Positions 9,271 to 18,700 of a stretch of DNA of 64,000 nt are shown piece by piece. Origin of the DNA: an uncultured delta proteobacterium (GTDB lineage Bacteria; Desulfobacterota; Desulfobacteria; Desulfobacterales; UBA2156); contig CAVTQK010000009.1 of the NCBI GenBank assembly GCA_963736855.1, positions 480,001-544,000 of the forward strand. The letters are read 5' to 3'. The notes beneath the pieces are model-generated. The model was not told the DNA's origin. It saw only the letters and a list, made by a program, of their open reading frames with translations, and made no database searches. Each line of letters starts with the position of its first letter. Within the stretch, counting starts at the first letter, position 1. A program made the translations under genes and the position numbers.

Positions 9271-10489
9271 TCAGACCCGGCCTCTTACGGCTGCCATCAG
9301 TTGCCCGACATGGGTATCCATATGTCTCAAAACAAATGCCGCCTCCTCTTTGACCTGGCCTCTGTGTCCAACAAGGGCGGCCGTTATTTCGAAAACATCC
9401 TTTTCGGTCAGGGATCCAAGATAGGCCTTGAAACAATCGACAAGCGGTGCCGGAAGTATCGGGACGGGATCTTTTTTGTCCAAGGCATTGAAAAATCCCT
9501 CAACGGTCGGACCGACACATTCTCCGTCGGCCCAAATCCATTCACCCGTGCCGGATATCCGATCCATACGAATCCGATAGGACAGGTTCAGGAAAAAGAA
9601 CAACAGGGCTTGGAGAATGGTTTCAACGGATGCCACAGTTTGATGTTCCTCCGGACGAGGTTGAAACATCGCACGGTAATCGCGGACAGAGATCAGGCGG
9701 ATACTCAATGATCCGTTTTCAACCTTGACCACGAAGTCACCGGATGCATGATGCCAGGACCGGATCTCTTCAAAGGTAACCGGATCATAATAAGAAGTGA
9801 GAATATAGGCAATCTGCCGAAAAAGAGTTTCGGTCATTTGATCGCTCAGGAGATAGGCGCCATGAGTTTCGTCCCAAACGTTCACCCCAACACGGTCTTT
9901 TTTGGATTCCAAAGAAAGATGAAACTCATGATATCCTTCAAACCATTCTCCTAGAAACATCGAAAAGACGCCTGCTTTCGTGGAAACGGATCCGGTACTA
10001 TAAACCCGCGGGACAAACGAAAATGGGTGAGGCTTTTGTAATCGCTCAATGCTTTGAACCTCCCTGTTCAGGATCCTGTTTCCCGCATCGGAAAGGGCAA
10101 CATTAAGCACAAAGCTTGCTGAAAATCGGTCCCCTAAGAGCGTGATCTTTGCCGGGTGGTAAAATTCCCCGTGCTTTTTCAAACAGATGCGAACTGTGCG
10201 GACATCGGTAGGTCGTGCTGTTTGCCCGGGTTTCCGTGAAAAAGCATGCGGTATCCAAGGGATTAGCACTTTCTTTTAAGAACCGACCGGCTGCCTGGAA
10301 ATAATCCCCGAGGGTCACCCTGTTGTGGGGATCGGGGGTCGAGCTTGGAAATGCAGCCTGGCTGCGTGTTAGAGGTATGATTTTTCCCCAAGCCGGCGAG
10401 CCTTTTTCGACAAGGGAATCCTCATGATAGAGGTAATATTCAAACTCGGCGTCGCTTCCGATCACAGCAGTGACGACCGCGCTTTTCAC
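9271..10489 (-). CDS. Hypothetical protein with possible kinase/phosphotransferase-like fold, split by one frameshift near 10270
   Basis: ORFs 10103-10489 and 9271-10269 overlap in adjacent frames and read as one protein. Motifs KHGEFYHP, EWFEGYHEFH and WHHASGDF. Confidence 0.55.
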
Positions 10490-10507
10490 GAACCAATCCC
10501 TGTGAGT

Positions 10508-11143
10508 TCACTCAGAGTGTGGAGTGCGATGAGGTTGAATTTCTTTGAGTATTTCCGGTGCCACCTCGTATCCCAACTCCAGAGCCTTCTCACAGTGGCT
10601 CGCCGCCAACGCTTGAGCACCCTCTTCAAGATAGGCAATGGCCAGATTATTGTGCGCTATGGCGAAATTCGGCTCGACAGAGAGGGCCTTAAGATTGGTA
10701 TCGATGGCCTCTTTCGTCATCCCTTTCATGAGATAGGCATTGGCCAGGGTGGTAAGGGCCTGGAGAAAGTTCGGATTCCATCGGATCGCCTTTTCCAATG
10801 CCTCGATGGCTTTGTCCACTTCTCCCTTTTGCATGTGGACAAACCCGATGTTTCCATACCCTTCCGAAAATCCGGCTCTGGATCGAACGGCTTGTTGATT
10901 GTACGACAGGCAACCGTCCAAATCTCCGCGCACCAGTGCGATGCCTCCCAACTGAACGTAGGCTTCCGCCAGATTAGGGCTGCAGGAAACGGCCTCGTGC
11001 AACTCATTTTCGGCCTCGTCATATTTTTTCTGGCCCAACAAGCCAACGGCAAGGTTATAATGAGAAGTACCGCACTCCGGATTGGAAGCGACGGCAACTT
11101 TTTGCTTGTTGATATATTCTTCTACATTTTTTGATTTTTCCAT
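10508..11143 (-). CDS. Tetratricopeptide repeat protein
   Basis: Repeated TPR patterns (HYNLAVGLL, AEAYVQLG, GYGNIG, AHNNLAIAY). Confidence 0.88.
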   Translation of the reverse strand: MEKSKNVEEYINKQKVAVASNPECGTSHYNLAVGLLGQKKYDEAENELHEAVSCSPNLAEAYVQLGGIALVRGDLDGCLSYNQQAVRSRAGFSEGYGNIGFVHMQKGEVDKAIEALEKAIRWNPNFLQALTTLANAYLMKGMTKEAIDTNLKALSVEPNFAIAHNNLAIAYLEEGAQALAASHCEKALELGYEVAPEILKEIQPHRTPHSE

Positions 11144-11219
11144 TTCAGGACCTCTTTAAAATGAAATCTTATTGCGATCATCGTGATTGATTTGAAAATG
11201 TAGGATTTAAAGGTTTACC

Positions 11220-11261
11220 TTGTCAAGAAAAAGAGGAGGGCACACCCTTTTTTCTTGACAA
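11220..11261. promoter_or_regulatory. Back-to-back divergent promoters in a 13-bp inverted repeat
   Basis: TTGTCAAGAAAAA (11220-11232) and TTTTTCTTGACAA (11249-11261). Each arm holds an outward-facing TTGACA for the TPR gene and dapA. Confidence 0.6.
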
Positions 11262-11355
11262 AATCGCCCTGTTTTTTTATTTTTTTTAATAGATGGCTTC
11301 ATGTCCATTTTTTCCGCCGTCGATTTCACCGGACCGACAAAAAAGGGGGGATGGC

Positions 11356-12390
11356 ATGTTAAAAGGATGTTACACGGCTTTGATCACTCCGTTTTCAGGG
11401 AACGCCGTCGATTACGAGGGTTTGAACCGACTGGCCGCATTCCAGATCGAAAACGGTATCACCGGGATTCTGGCTGTTGGAACAACGGGTGAAAGCCCGA
11501 CGCTGAATTGGGACGAACATAATCAGGTCGTCGACAAAATCGCAAAAGCCAGCAAAGGCAAGTGCGCCTGCATTGCGGGAACGGGCAGCAACAACACACG
11601 GGAGACCCTCGATGCCACAGAGCATGCCGTCAAGGCCGGGGTGGATGCCGTTCTACTCGTAGACCCTTACTACAACGGTCCCAGTTCTCTCGAAATTCGA
11701 AAAGAATATGTAGCACCGGTGGCCAAGGCATTTCCCCACCTTGCTGTGATCCCATATGTCATCCCCGGACGCACCGGCGCCCAGTTGTTCCCGGAAGATC
11801 TGGCCCTCCTTAACCAGGAATTCCGGAATGTTCATACGGTCAAGGAAGCCACGGCCGACCTTTCCAATATGCGAAGAACGCGGGCCTGCTGCGGGTCGTT
11901 GTTTACGATTTTATCCGGAGATGATTCTTTGACTTTTGAAATGATGACGGATCCAAAGATTCGAGCGGCCGGCGTTATCTCCGTGGCCTCCAACGTGGCC
12001 CCGGGACCTGTTACCGAGATGGTGCGCCTTTTAGAACAAGGAAAAAACAACGAAGCTCAGGCCCTTGCCGCCGCACTGGCACCTCTTTTTAACATTGTCA
12101 CCGTCAAAACCCAGGAAAAGACACCTTTTGGGGAAGTGATGTGCAGGGCACGAAACCCTCTGGCAATTAAAACCCTGATGACCATCCTCGGCATGTCTTC
12201 CGGAGGATGCAGACCTCCCTTGGGCAAAATGACGCAGGCCGGATTTGAAAAGGTCTTATCGGCAGCACGAACGGTGCAGGCGCAAAACCCGGAAATTTTT
12301 GCACCCATCGCTCGTTTTTTCAACGTGGACATCGACAGCCGACTCAACAACCCCGTCTGCCGAAAAGACCTGTCTTACGACGGATATTAG
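11356..12390 (+). CDS. dapA: 4-hydroxy-tetrahydrodipicolinate synthase
   Basis: TALITPF, GTTGESPTL, AGTGSNNT, PYYN, YVIPGRTG, VKEA, LSGDD. Start reassigned to ATG 11356 after a purine-rich SD. Confidence 0.9.
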   Translation: MLKGCYTALITPFSGNAVDYEGLNRLAAFQIENGITGILAVGTTGESPTLNWDEHNQVVDKIAKASKGKCACIAGTGSNNTRETLDATEHAVKAGVDAVLLVDPYYNGPSSLEIRKEYVAPVAKAFPHLAVIPYVIPGRTGAQLFPEDLALLNQEFRNVHTVKEATADLSNMRRTRACCGSLFTILSGDDSLTFEMMTDPKIRAAGVISVASNVAPGPVTEMVRLLEQGKNNEAQALAAALAPLFNIVTVKTQEKTPFGEVMCRARNPLAIKTLMTILGMSSGGCRPPLGKMTQAGFEKVLSAARTVQAQNPEIFAPIARFFNVDIDSRLNNPVCRKDLSYDGY

Positions 12391-12427
12391 ACCGGTTTGA
12401 AGGAGTACGGTGTGGCTCCTGGTCGCA

Positions 12428-13210
12428 TCAATGGGCGGATGGGGTCGCCATTTCCGAATCTTTGGGTTTGAACAAGACGGTCTTCAGCCACTGCATGCCG
12501 AACTTTAGTAAAGCCACATCCTGGGTGCGGATCTCCTCCAACGTCTTTCCATCCAGCGAAAAACGCTGCAAGAAACTGCTTTCGAACACAAATCGTCGGA
12601 AGGCGTCGATGTTGTAACTGACCATAAAAAAGAGTTCTTTGGCCTTTTCCGTCAGGTGGATATTGGGCGGAAAAGAGCGTTTCCGCACCACAAGATCGGT
12701 CCATTCCGCATTGATGGTGTCATGAATATCCACTCCTTGGTCCGTACGCCATTCTTCGACCGTCCATTCTTTTTTCTCTTCAAAACCCCTGCAATGGGGC
12801 TCATTGACGAAAAAGAAAAAGCCCTCATCGTCGGCGCCCTCCCTATGAACAAGGGAAGCGACTCCTAAAGGGTAATACCTACAGGTGGTGGGCCTATCCT
12901 CATAGACGATGCAGCCGTTTTCCCGAACAAAGGGACACGATTTTTGATCATCATCTAAAAGCTTGAGAATCACCACCGGAAGATCGGTCTTATCCAACAG
13001 TTGGGGATCTGTGTAGATGGACAGAAACTCCCCGGAAGAAAGGCCAAGGCGGTTTTTCAGCAAAATAATATCGTAAGGGGTCAGCGTGATGGAAATCCCT
13101 CTACAGCACTGGGTAAAGCAGGATATGTCCTTGTGGCATCTGAATTGGAATCGGCTTTTAAGACCGATCCGAACCGGTGTAATGCCTGCCGGATTCTCTT
13201 GGCTTTCCAC
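12428..13210 (-). CDS. YkgJ family cysteine-cluster (putative Fe-S/Zn) protein
   Basis: FRCHKDISCFTQCC, CPFV..GCIVYEDRPTTCRYYP, EPHCRG. Probable GTG start at 13210 after AAAGGA. Confidence 0.85.
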   Translation of the reverse strand: MESQENPAGITPVRIGLKSRFQFRCHKDISCFTQCCRGISITLTPYDIILLKNRLGLSSGEFLSIYTDPQLLDKTDLPVVILKLLDDDQKSCPFVRENGCIVYEDRPTTCRYYPLGVASLVHREGADDEGFFFFVNEPHCRGFEEKKEWTVEEWRTDQGVDIHDTINAEWTDLVVRKRSFPPNIHLTEKAKELFFMVSYNIDAFRRFVFESSFLQRFSLDGKTLEEIRTQDVALLKFGMQWLKTVLFKPKDSEMATPSAH

Positions 13211-13393
13211 GAAAAGGTTTCCTTTCTCGTTTTCATCTGTTTTTCTTATGAACTGTTTCTCTTTTCTTCTATCTGAGGTCAAAACCGATGTCAAATCGGG
13301 GTGTTTAAGGCGATAGGGCTTTCGAAACTTTTTGCCATAAATCATTGAGTTACGAAACTCGGAAAAGAATCCTTGAGATGAATGAGTTAACGA

Positions 13394-14263
13394 TCAGCGA
13401 CAGAAGGATTTTCGAAAAGCGCTTCCGTGTTCGACGATGGCTTCGCCCAATGTTTTTTTCAGTATATCCGTCCTGATATCATGAAAGGTGCCGCTGTTTT
13501 CATCCATATACATTTTTAAAATCTCTGTTGAAAGCACCAAAATATTGGGCCCCCAACTCGTCAATTCGCGGCAAAACGCTCCCTCTCCGCCGAAGACTTC
13601 ATTTTCGGCAACAGTGGTAAAGACATCCGGAATTCTGACGCGACTCAGACAATTTAGCCATGTCTGAACAGGTATTTCCCACCTGGCCCGATTGATGCTC
13701 CGAGTTCCCAGATTGAACACCGGCGGTGAGCGATGGCCGTTTTCAACCTGCCGCCGGCCGTTATAGGAATGGATGTCATAGATGACACAAGCGCCGAAGC
13801 GATCCAAAAGGATTTGAATTACTGTGGCGACGAACCGATAAAAGGCGCTGTATTTCTCCAGGCTTCGCTTTTGCATCGCTTTGGTCGGGGGTGAACCATA
13901 GATCTGTATGCCCCAAAACCTTTCGGGTGTCAATGGCAGTGCCAGATCGATAGGGCGGTTGAGATCGTATTCCGCCCTGGAATCCAGCCCCCAGATGGTA
14001 CTGGGGCAATCGCTGATAATCCGGTCGGTGGCCGCATCTTCCTCCGTCAGACGTTCTATGTCTGAAATCGACATCAGGGGTAAAAGCTCGTCGCGCACCC
14101 TGTGGCCGGCATGGATCGCAAAGGTAATATATGGAACCGAAAGATCCAAGTCGTAGACGAATCCACCCAATGGGCCAATGCCCGACACTTGCGATTGAGA
14201 GCTTAAAAAGGCATAAATTTCCGGATCGGATAAGATTCCCATGGATTTATCCACCATCGGCAA
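13394..14263 (-). CDS. N-formylglutamate amidohydrolase family (Zn-carboxypeptidase fold) protein
   Basis: AIHAGH, EEDAATD, SRAEYDLNR, YDIHSYN and FNLGT motifs. Confidence 0.8.
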   Translation of the reverse strand: MPMVDKSMGILSDPEIYAFLSSQSQVSGIGPLGGFVYDLDLSVPYITFAIHAGHRVRDELLPLMSISDIERLTEEDAATDRIISDCPSTIWGLDSRAEYDLNRPIDLALPLTPERFWGIQIYGSPPTKAMQKRSLEKYSAFYRFVATVIQILLDRFGACVIYDIHSYNGRRQVENGHRSPPVFNLGTRSINRARWEIPVQTWLNCLSRVRIPDVFTTVAENEVFGGEGAFCRELTSWGPNILVLSTEILKMYMDENSGTFHDIRTDILKKTLGEAIVEHGSAFRKSFCR

Positions 14264-14285
14264 GCGACTTTCTTTTCGACCCGGG

Positions 14286-15275
14286 TTACATCAGGTTGTA
14301 TCGGTGCAGGGCCGAATCGACGATTTTATGGACCAGTTCCCGATAATCTTCCTCTGGGCCTTTCGCCGACTTATGGTATAAGGAATAGATCTGAGGACTC
14401 CAGCTCTTGATGGGTTTCAGGCCCGGAATTCCGTTGACTTCGATGATCCGCAACTGATCGTTGGCGTCCACCCGCATGTCAACCCGTACGTGATCACGGC
14501 AATTCAATGCTTCCACAGCGGCTTTGCACAAGGACTTGGCCTCTTCGGACCGGGTTTCAGGGATGCGAATTTGCGTGATCCCCACACCGCGCATATCGCT
14601 TCTCAGGATGGGATACTTTCCGTAGCGACTGCCTTCAACAGTGACCAAACCGGGCAAAAACTCCTGGGTTTCCCCGTTGCCGATCATCAGCACCGTATAT
14701 TCAGCTCCCGGCAGATAATCTTCGATCAAAGCCGGCTGTTCAAAGGTCCGGTGGATGTACCGGACCCGTGCTTCGAGTTCTTCCGGCGTGTGTACCACGC
14801 TCTCATCGCCGACACCCACCGAGCGGGATTCGAAGCTCGGTTTCACGAAAGCAGGAAAGCGAACATCCGGAATCGGTTCGCCGATTCCCACGGTACGATG
14901 GGAGGGAACCGTAACTTGGTTGGCGTGAAGGATTTGGTGGGTCCAGCTCTTGTTGATCATCTGCTTCATCGCCAGGGATCCAGGGCCTATGTATGGGATT
15001 TGTCTTCGGTCGAAGATATCCGCCACCCACGCATCCTCATCCACATTGAGGCCGACGATATCCTTCCGGTCGGAAATGTAGTAAAGGGCGCTCCAGGCAA
15101 TATCATAGCGCTTGCCTTCGATGGCCTTCAGGAAATCTTTCATGGTTTCCACGAAAGCGATCTCTGCGGACTTGCCGTTGAAATTCAACGCATCACAAAG
15201 AGTTTTCGTCACCTTGATGTCTCCCCATCCCTGAGCCTCTCCGCCAGGTCCGGTAGTGATTAAAATCTTTTTCAT
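14286..15275 (-). CDS. D-Ala-D-Ala ligase-like ATP-grasp amide ligase
   Basis: IPYIG, FVKP..ESRSVG, IEDYLPGAEY, RVDMR, IEVNGIPG. The N-terminus lacks the canonical Ddl GGxSxE motif. Confidence 0.8.
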   Translation of the reverse strand: MKKILITTGPGGEAQGWGDIKVTKTLCDALNFNGKSAEIAFVETMKDFLKAIEGKRYDIAWSALYYISDRKDIVGLNVDEDAWVADIFDRRQIPYIGPGSLAMKQMINKSWTHQILHANQVTVPSHRTVGIGEPIPDVRFPAFVKPSFESRSVGVGDESVVHTPEELEARVRYIHRTFEQPALIEDYLPGAEYTVLMIGNGETQEFLPGLVTVEGSRYGKYPILRSDMRGVGITQIRIPETRSEEAKSLCKAAVEALNCRDHVRVDMRVDANDQLRIIEVNGIPGLKPIKSWSPQIYSLYHKSAKGPEEDYRELVHKIVDSALHRYNLM

Positions 15276-15306
15276 ATGGCTTGTGCTCCTTAGCAAAGAA
15301 ACATCG

Positions 15307-16239
15307 TCAGAATGCAAACAGATCCGGTAACCACTGGTAGTTTCTTAAGGCTTGGGCCGTTTCTGCCGATAGGGGTTGGATGACGTTCGAAATGGCATCG
15401 ATTCTCTTTTTGTCCCAAATAATTTTTGAAACGATTCTTAAGTCCACAATGGCATTATCGTGGCCGATGCCGTCGGTGGTTTCGAACAAAAAAGCGGCCA
15501 TGCGTTGATTTGGATCGAGAACCGTCACCTCTCCGGAAACCCGTTTTTGCATGCTTTCCCGGATGATATTCCGACTGTATCCAAAGTGAGTGCAAAACAG
15601 CGCGACCACAACGTTGGTTTGAGCATGGCCGAGTTCCTTCGCCGCCTGATCCATACAGGTATTTATCAAGCGTACGACCGCATTGTTTCCCGGCCCTTTT
15701 TCGATCTGGGTTGCCAACTGGTCGCAAGGTTGAACGACGATCCGATCGGCCGAAATACCCTTATCGATCAGCTGCGAACGGTGAAGGTCGGAAGCAATAG
15801 TGGTGACGGTGCCCAGCAGCACCGCCTTCGCTTCCGGATTCCGTAAGAGCTGTTCATAAACCATATCCACGCCGAAACGGACAACATCAACAACAGGGAT
15901 CGATTCCCGGCGACTGAAGGCGGTGCGTCCATAGAGCACGGAAAGGGTATTGCAGGCGATCATGATCAAATCCGGTTTATGCCTCTTCATCCCTTCCAGT
16001 GCCCCATCGAACACCCGGATCCGCTCATCCATGTCTTTCAAGGTGTTGAATCCCCGATTCTGCTCGGGCATTGCGTTGAAGTAGATCAGGGACACCCTGG
16101 GAAAAATCGGCTCACTTTTGAGCCTCGAAGCAATTTGTGCAAAGATGGACAGGCCTCCAAGGCCCGAATCGGTGATAAGAACGGTAACCTGTTTCTTTGA
16201 AAACAGCGAAGCGATCGATTTGTTTCCGGTCGAATGCAT
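15307..16239 (-). CDS. Aspartate/glutamate racemase family protein (MurI-like)
   Basis: TDSGLGGLSI, IACNTLS and FCTHF; both catalytic cysteines present. Confidence 0.85.
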   Translation of the reverse strand: MHSTGNKSIASLFSKKQVTVLITDSGLGGLSIFAQIASRLKSEPIFPRVSLIYFNAMPEQNRGFNTLKDMDERIRVFDGALEGMKRHKPDLIMIACNTLSVLYGRTAFSRRESIPVVDVVRFGVDMVYEQLLRNPEAKAVLLGTVTTIASDLHRSQLIDKGISADRIVVQPCDQLATQIEKGPGNNAVVRLINTCMDQAAKELGHAQTNVVVALFCTHFGYSRNIIRESMQKRVSGEVTVLDPNQRMAAFLFETTDGIGHDNAIVDLRIVSKIIWDKKRIDAISNVIQPLSAETAQALRNYQWLPDLFAF

Positions 16240-16243
16240 CCCT

Positions 16244-17479
16244 TTATCCGGTAAATCCTTCGGCCGCCTTTCGAGTGAAGTACTCGGCAACGAACGCGAC
16301 GGTCCACGGTGGGGCATCATCCAGGCTCCCTTCCATGATCCGGGTCATTAATTCGGTCAAATGAAAAGAATGCTGCCATGTGGATAGGCGGTTCCTGAAC
16401 ATGGCGGCCCCTTTTTGAGGCTCTTCTTCAAATTGTTCCATAATCATGGCGATCTCATTTTTGAACCCGTCTGCCCCGTAGTACTTGAGGAATCCGTGCC
16501 AAGCCTCTACCACGCTTTCTTTATTCGACAGGGGGGTGGATAGAGCTTCGAGTTTCTTCAAGGCTCTTTGCAGATTTTCTTTCTTAAGCCGGGTAAGCCG
16601 GTCGGGTCCGATTTCATACGGGACAATCCGGATGGCGTCGACACCGTCTTTTGTGATACCGACTTTTACCAAATAGCCGATTTTTCGGTAGAGGAGCTCC
16701 GTAGGCTGGAAAAAGATGAAATTGCCCAGGCTGAAGCAGATAGGGACCCCGTTATGGATCTTTACTCCCTGGGGTACATGGGGGTGATGGCCGATGACGA
16801 GATCGGCCCCGCATTCGGCAATGCGCGTTAGAGCGTCCACCAGATAGGGTGGCGGAAACGGAATGTATTCCACTCCCCCGTGGCAGACAACTATGACGAT
16901 GTGCACACGGGATCGAAGCTCTTTAACAAGGTTGATGATCCGTTCGATCTCCCAACCCAGCACTCCGGGTTTATCAGGTTCGGCCGCGGTGAGGTCTTCT
17001 CCTTCACCGAAGCTGAATACACCGATCGTGATTCCATTCACGGTTATCTTTGCAGGCTTTTCTGCCTCGGCAAGTGACAAGCCCGCGCCGGTGAAATGGA
17101 TGCCGTTTGAAGAAAGAAGATCCCGGGTTTGGATGAAACCTTCGATGCCGCAGTCAAAAATATGATTGTTCCCCAAGGTGGCGATTTCAAAAGGAACCGC
17201 TGTAAGACCGACGATGTGTGCCGGAAGCCCTTTCAGAACAGAGCCACTTTTCCACACCGGTATTCCTTCATCCACCAGCGGACATTCCAGGTTGACGATC
17301 CTCAGATGGCTTTCCCGGAACACCTCCAGTAGATCCCCGTATACATACTCCGGTTTTTCGAGGATCGTGTCGCTGAAATCTCGAATAGGCGCCCAATCAC
17401 CGGCAATAACGATTTCGGCTTCCGGTTTTTTCCCCTGTGGGCGCTTCCAAGTTCCATTTTCCCAATCAACCGGGTTCAT
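16244..17479 (-). CDS. CapA/PgsA family metallophosphoesterase
   Basis: IAGDW, VNLECP, LGNNHIFD, CHGGVE, IGHHPHVPQ, SLGNFIF; no signal peptide evident. Confidence 0.88.
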   Translation of the reverse strand: MNPVDWENGTWKRPQGKKPEAEIVIAGDWAPIRDFSDTILEKPEYVYGDLLEVFRESHLRIVNLECPLVDEGIPVWKSGSVLKGLPAHIVGLTAVPFEIATLGNNHIFDCGIEGFIQTRDLLSSNGIHFTGAGLSLAEAEKPAKITVNGITIGVFSFGEGEDLTAAEPDKPGVLGWEIERIINLVKELRSRVHIVIVVCHGGVEYIPFPPPYLVDALTRIAECGADLVIGHHPHVPQGVKIHNGVPICFSLGNFIFFQPTELLYRKIGYLVKVGITKDGVDAIRIVPYEIGPDRLTRLKKENLQRALKKLEALSTPLSNKESVVEAWHGFLKYYGADGFKNEIAMIMEQFEEEPQKGAAMFRNRLSTWQHSFHLTELMTRIMEGSLDDAPPWTVAFVAEYFTRKAAEGFTG

Positions 17480-17511
17480 TTTTTATTTTTCATTCGACAC
17501 TGTTTTAACTC

Positions 17512-18699
17512 TTATTCGATGTAAATTCTGGCAACCCGGGATGTGAGCGACGATACTATCTCGTAATTGATGGTGCCTAAAAGGCCGGCAATTTCATCGG
17601 CTGTGACCGATTCGTTCCCCTGGCGACCCAAAATGACCACCTCATCTTTAAGCATCACACCAGGAATACGCCCAACATCGATCAGGGTTAAGTCCATGCA
17701 TATCCGGCCGATGATGGGGGCACGGACTCCTTTTACCAGCATGTGCCCCCGGGAGGATAGAGCCCGATTCAAACCATCGGCATAGCCGATGGGCACGGTG
17801 GCGATCCGCGTGGGTCTTGGGGTGCGATAGGTGCTTCCGTAGCTCACCGCAAATCCTGGTCCTACCTGCTTGACTTGAATGACCCGGGATTTAAGTGTCA
17901 TGACCGGTTTGATATCGATCAGGCTTTTATCCACTGCGTTCGAAGGCCAGAGTCCATATAGGGATATTCCCGGCCGAACCAGATCCAGATGAGTTTCGGG
18001 CATTTCAATGGTCGCCGCACTGTTGGCCGCATGGCGGAATCGAACCTGAAACCCCGCCTTTTTAAGTGTTTCCAAAAGCTCCACGAATAGGGCGAATTGC
18101 CTACGGGCATCCGTTTTGTCTTTGGCATCCGCATCGGCAAAATGGGTGTATATGCCTTCCACCTCGATATGCGGCATCGAGGCAATTCTCAACACGTCAT
18201 ACACTGTTCCGGACCGGATCGGGCCTTCAGCCGCATCCGCGTTCAAGGCATCTGAGAGAATCCCCAGGCGTCCCATGCCCGTATCGATTTTGATGTGGAC
18301 TATAAGAGTTTTCCCGATGGAAAGAGCCTTTTCGGACAGCTGCCGGGCCGATGTCACGGAGTTGATAGAAGCCCGGATGTCGTTTTCAATCATGTAGGCT
18401 GCATAGGTCGGAAGGCTGTGTCCAAACAAAAGAATGGGTGCAGCAATTCCGGCTTTCCTTAAGCAAACGGCCTCATCGAACCGGGCAACCGCCAAAAACT
18501 TTGCTCCGCATTTCAAAGCGGTCCGAGCGACCTGGACAGCACCGTGACCATAACCGTCCGCCTTGACCACCGCCATGATCTCGGCCCTGGAAGAGGTAAC
18601 CCGCCGCAGTTCCCGATAATTGTGAGCCAGGGCCTTCAGATCGATCTCCGCCCAGGTCATTGAGGGATAACCGGCCTGAGAATCAGCGGCCTGTGACAT
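17512..18699 (-). CDS. alr: Alanine racemase
   Basis: AVVKADGYGHG (PLP Lys), KIDTGMGRLG, HAANSAA, VRPGISLYG, VSYG, GRICMD, GTINYE. Confidence 0.96.
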   Translation of the reverse strand: MSQAADSQAGYPSMTWAEIDLKALAHNYRELRRVTSSRAEIMAVVKADGYGHGAVQVARTALKCGAKFLAVARFDEAVCLRKAGIAAPILLFGHSLPTYAAYMIENDIRASINSVTSARQLSEKALSIGKTLIVHIKIDTGMGRLGILSDALNADAAEGPIRSGTVYDVLRIASMPHIEVEGIYTHFADADAKDKTDARRQFALFVELLETLKKAGFQVRFRHAANSAATIEMPETHLDLVRPGISLYGLWPSNAVDKSLIDIKPVMTLKSRVIQVKQVGPGFAVSYGSTYRTPRPTRIATVPIGYADGLNRALSSRGHMLVKGVRAPIIGRICMDLTLIDVGRIPGVMLKDEVVILGRQGNESVTADEIAGLLGTINYEIVSSLTSRVARIYIE

Positions 18700-18700
18700 G

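Noticed and set aside
13394..17479. Poly-gamma-glutamate capsule operon
   Set aside because: CapA and a racemase are present, but there is no CapB (Mur-ligase fold) or CapC; the ligase is ATP-grasp type.
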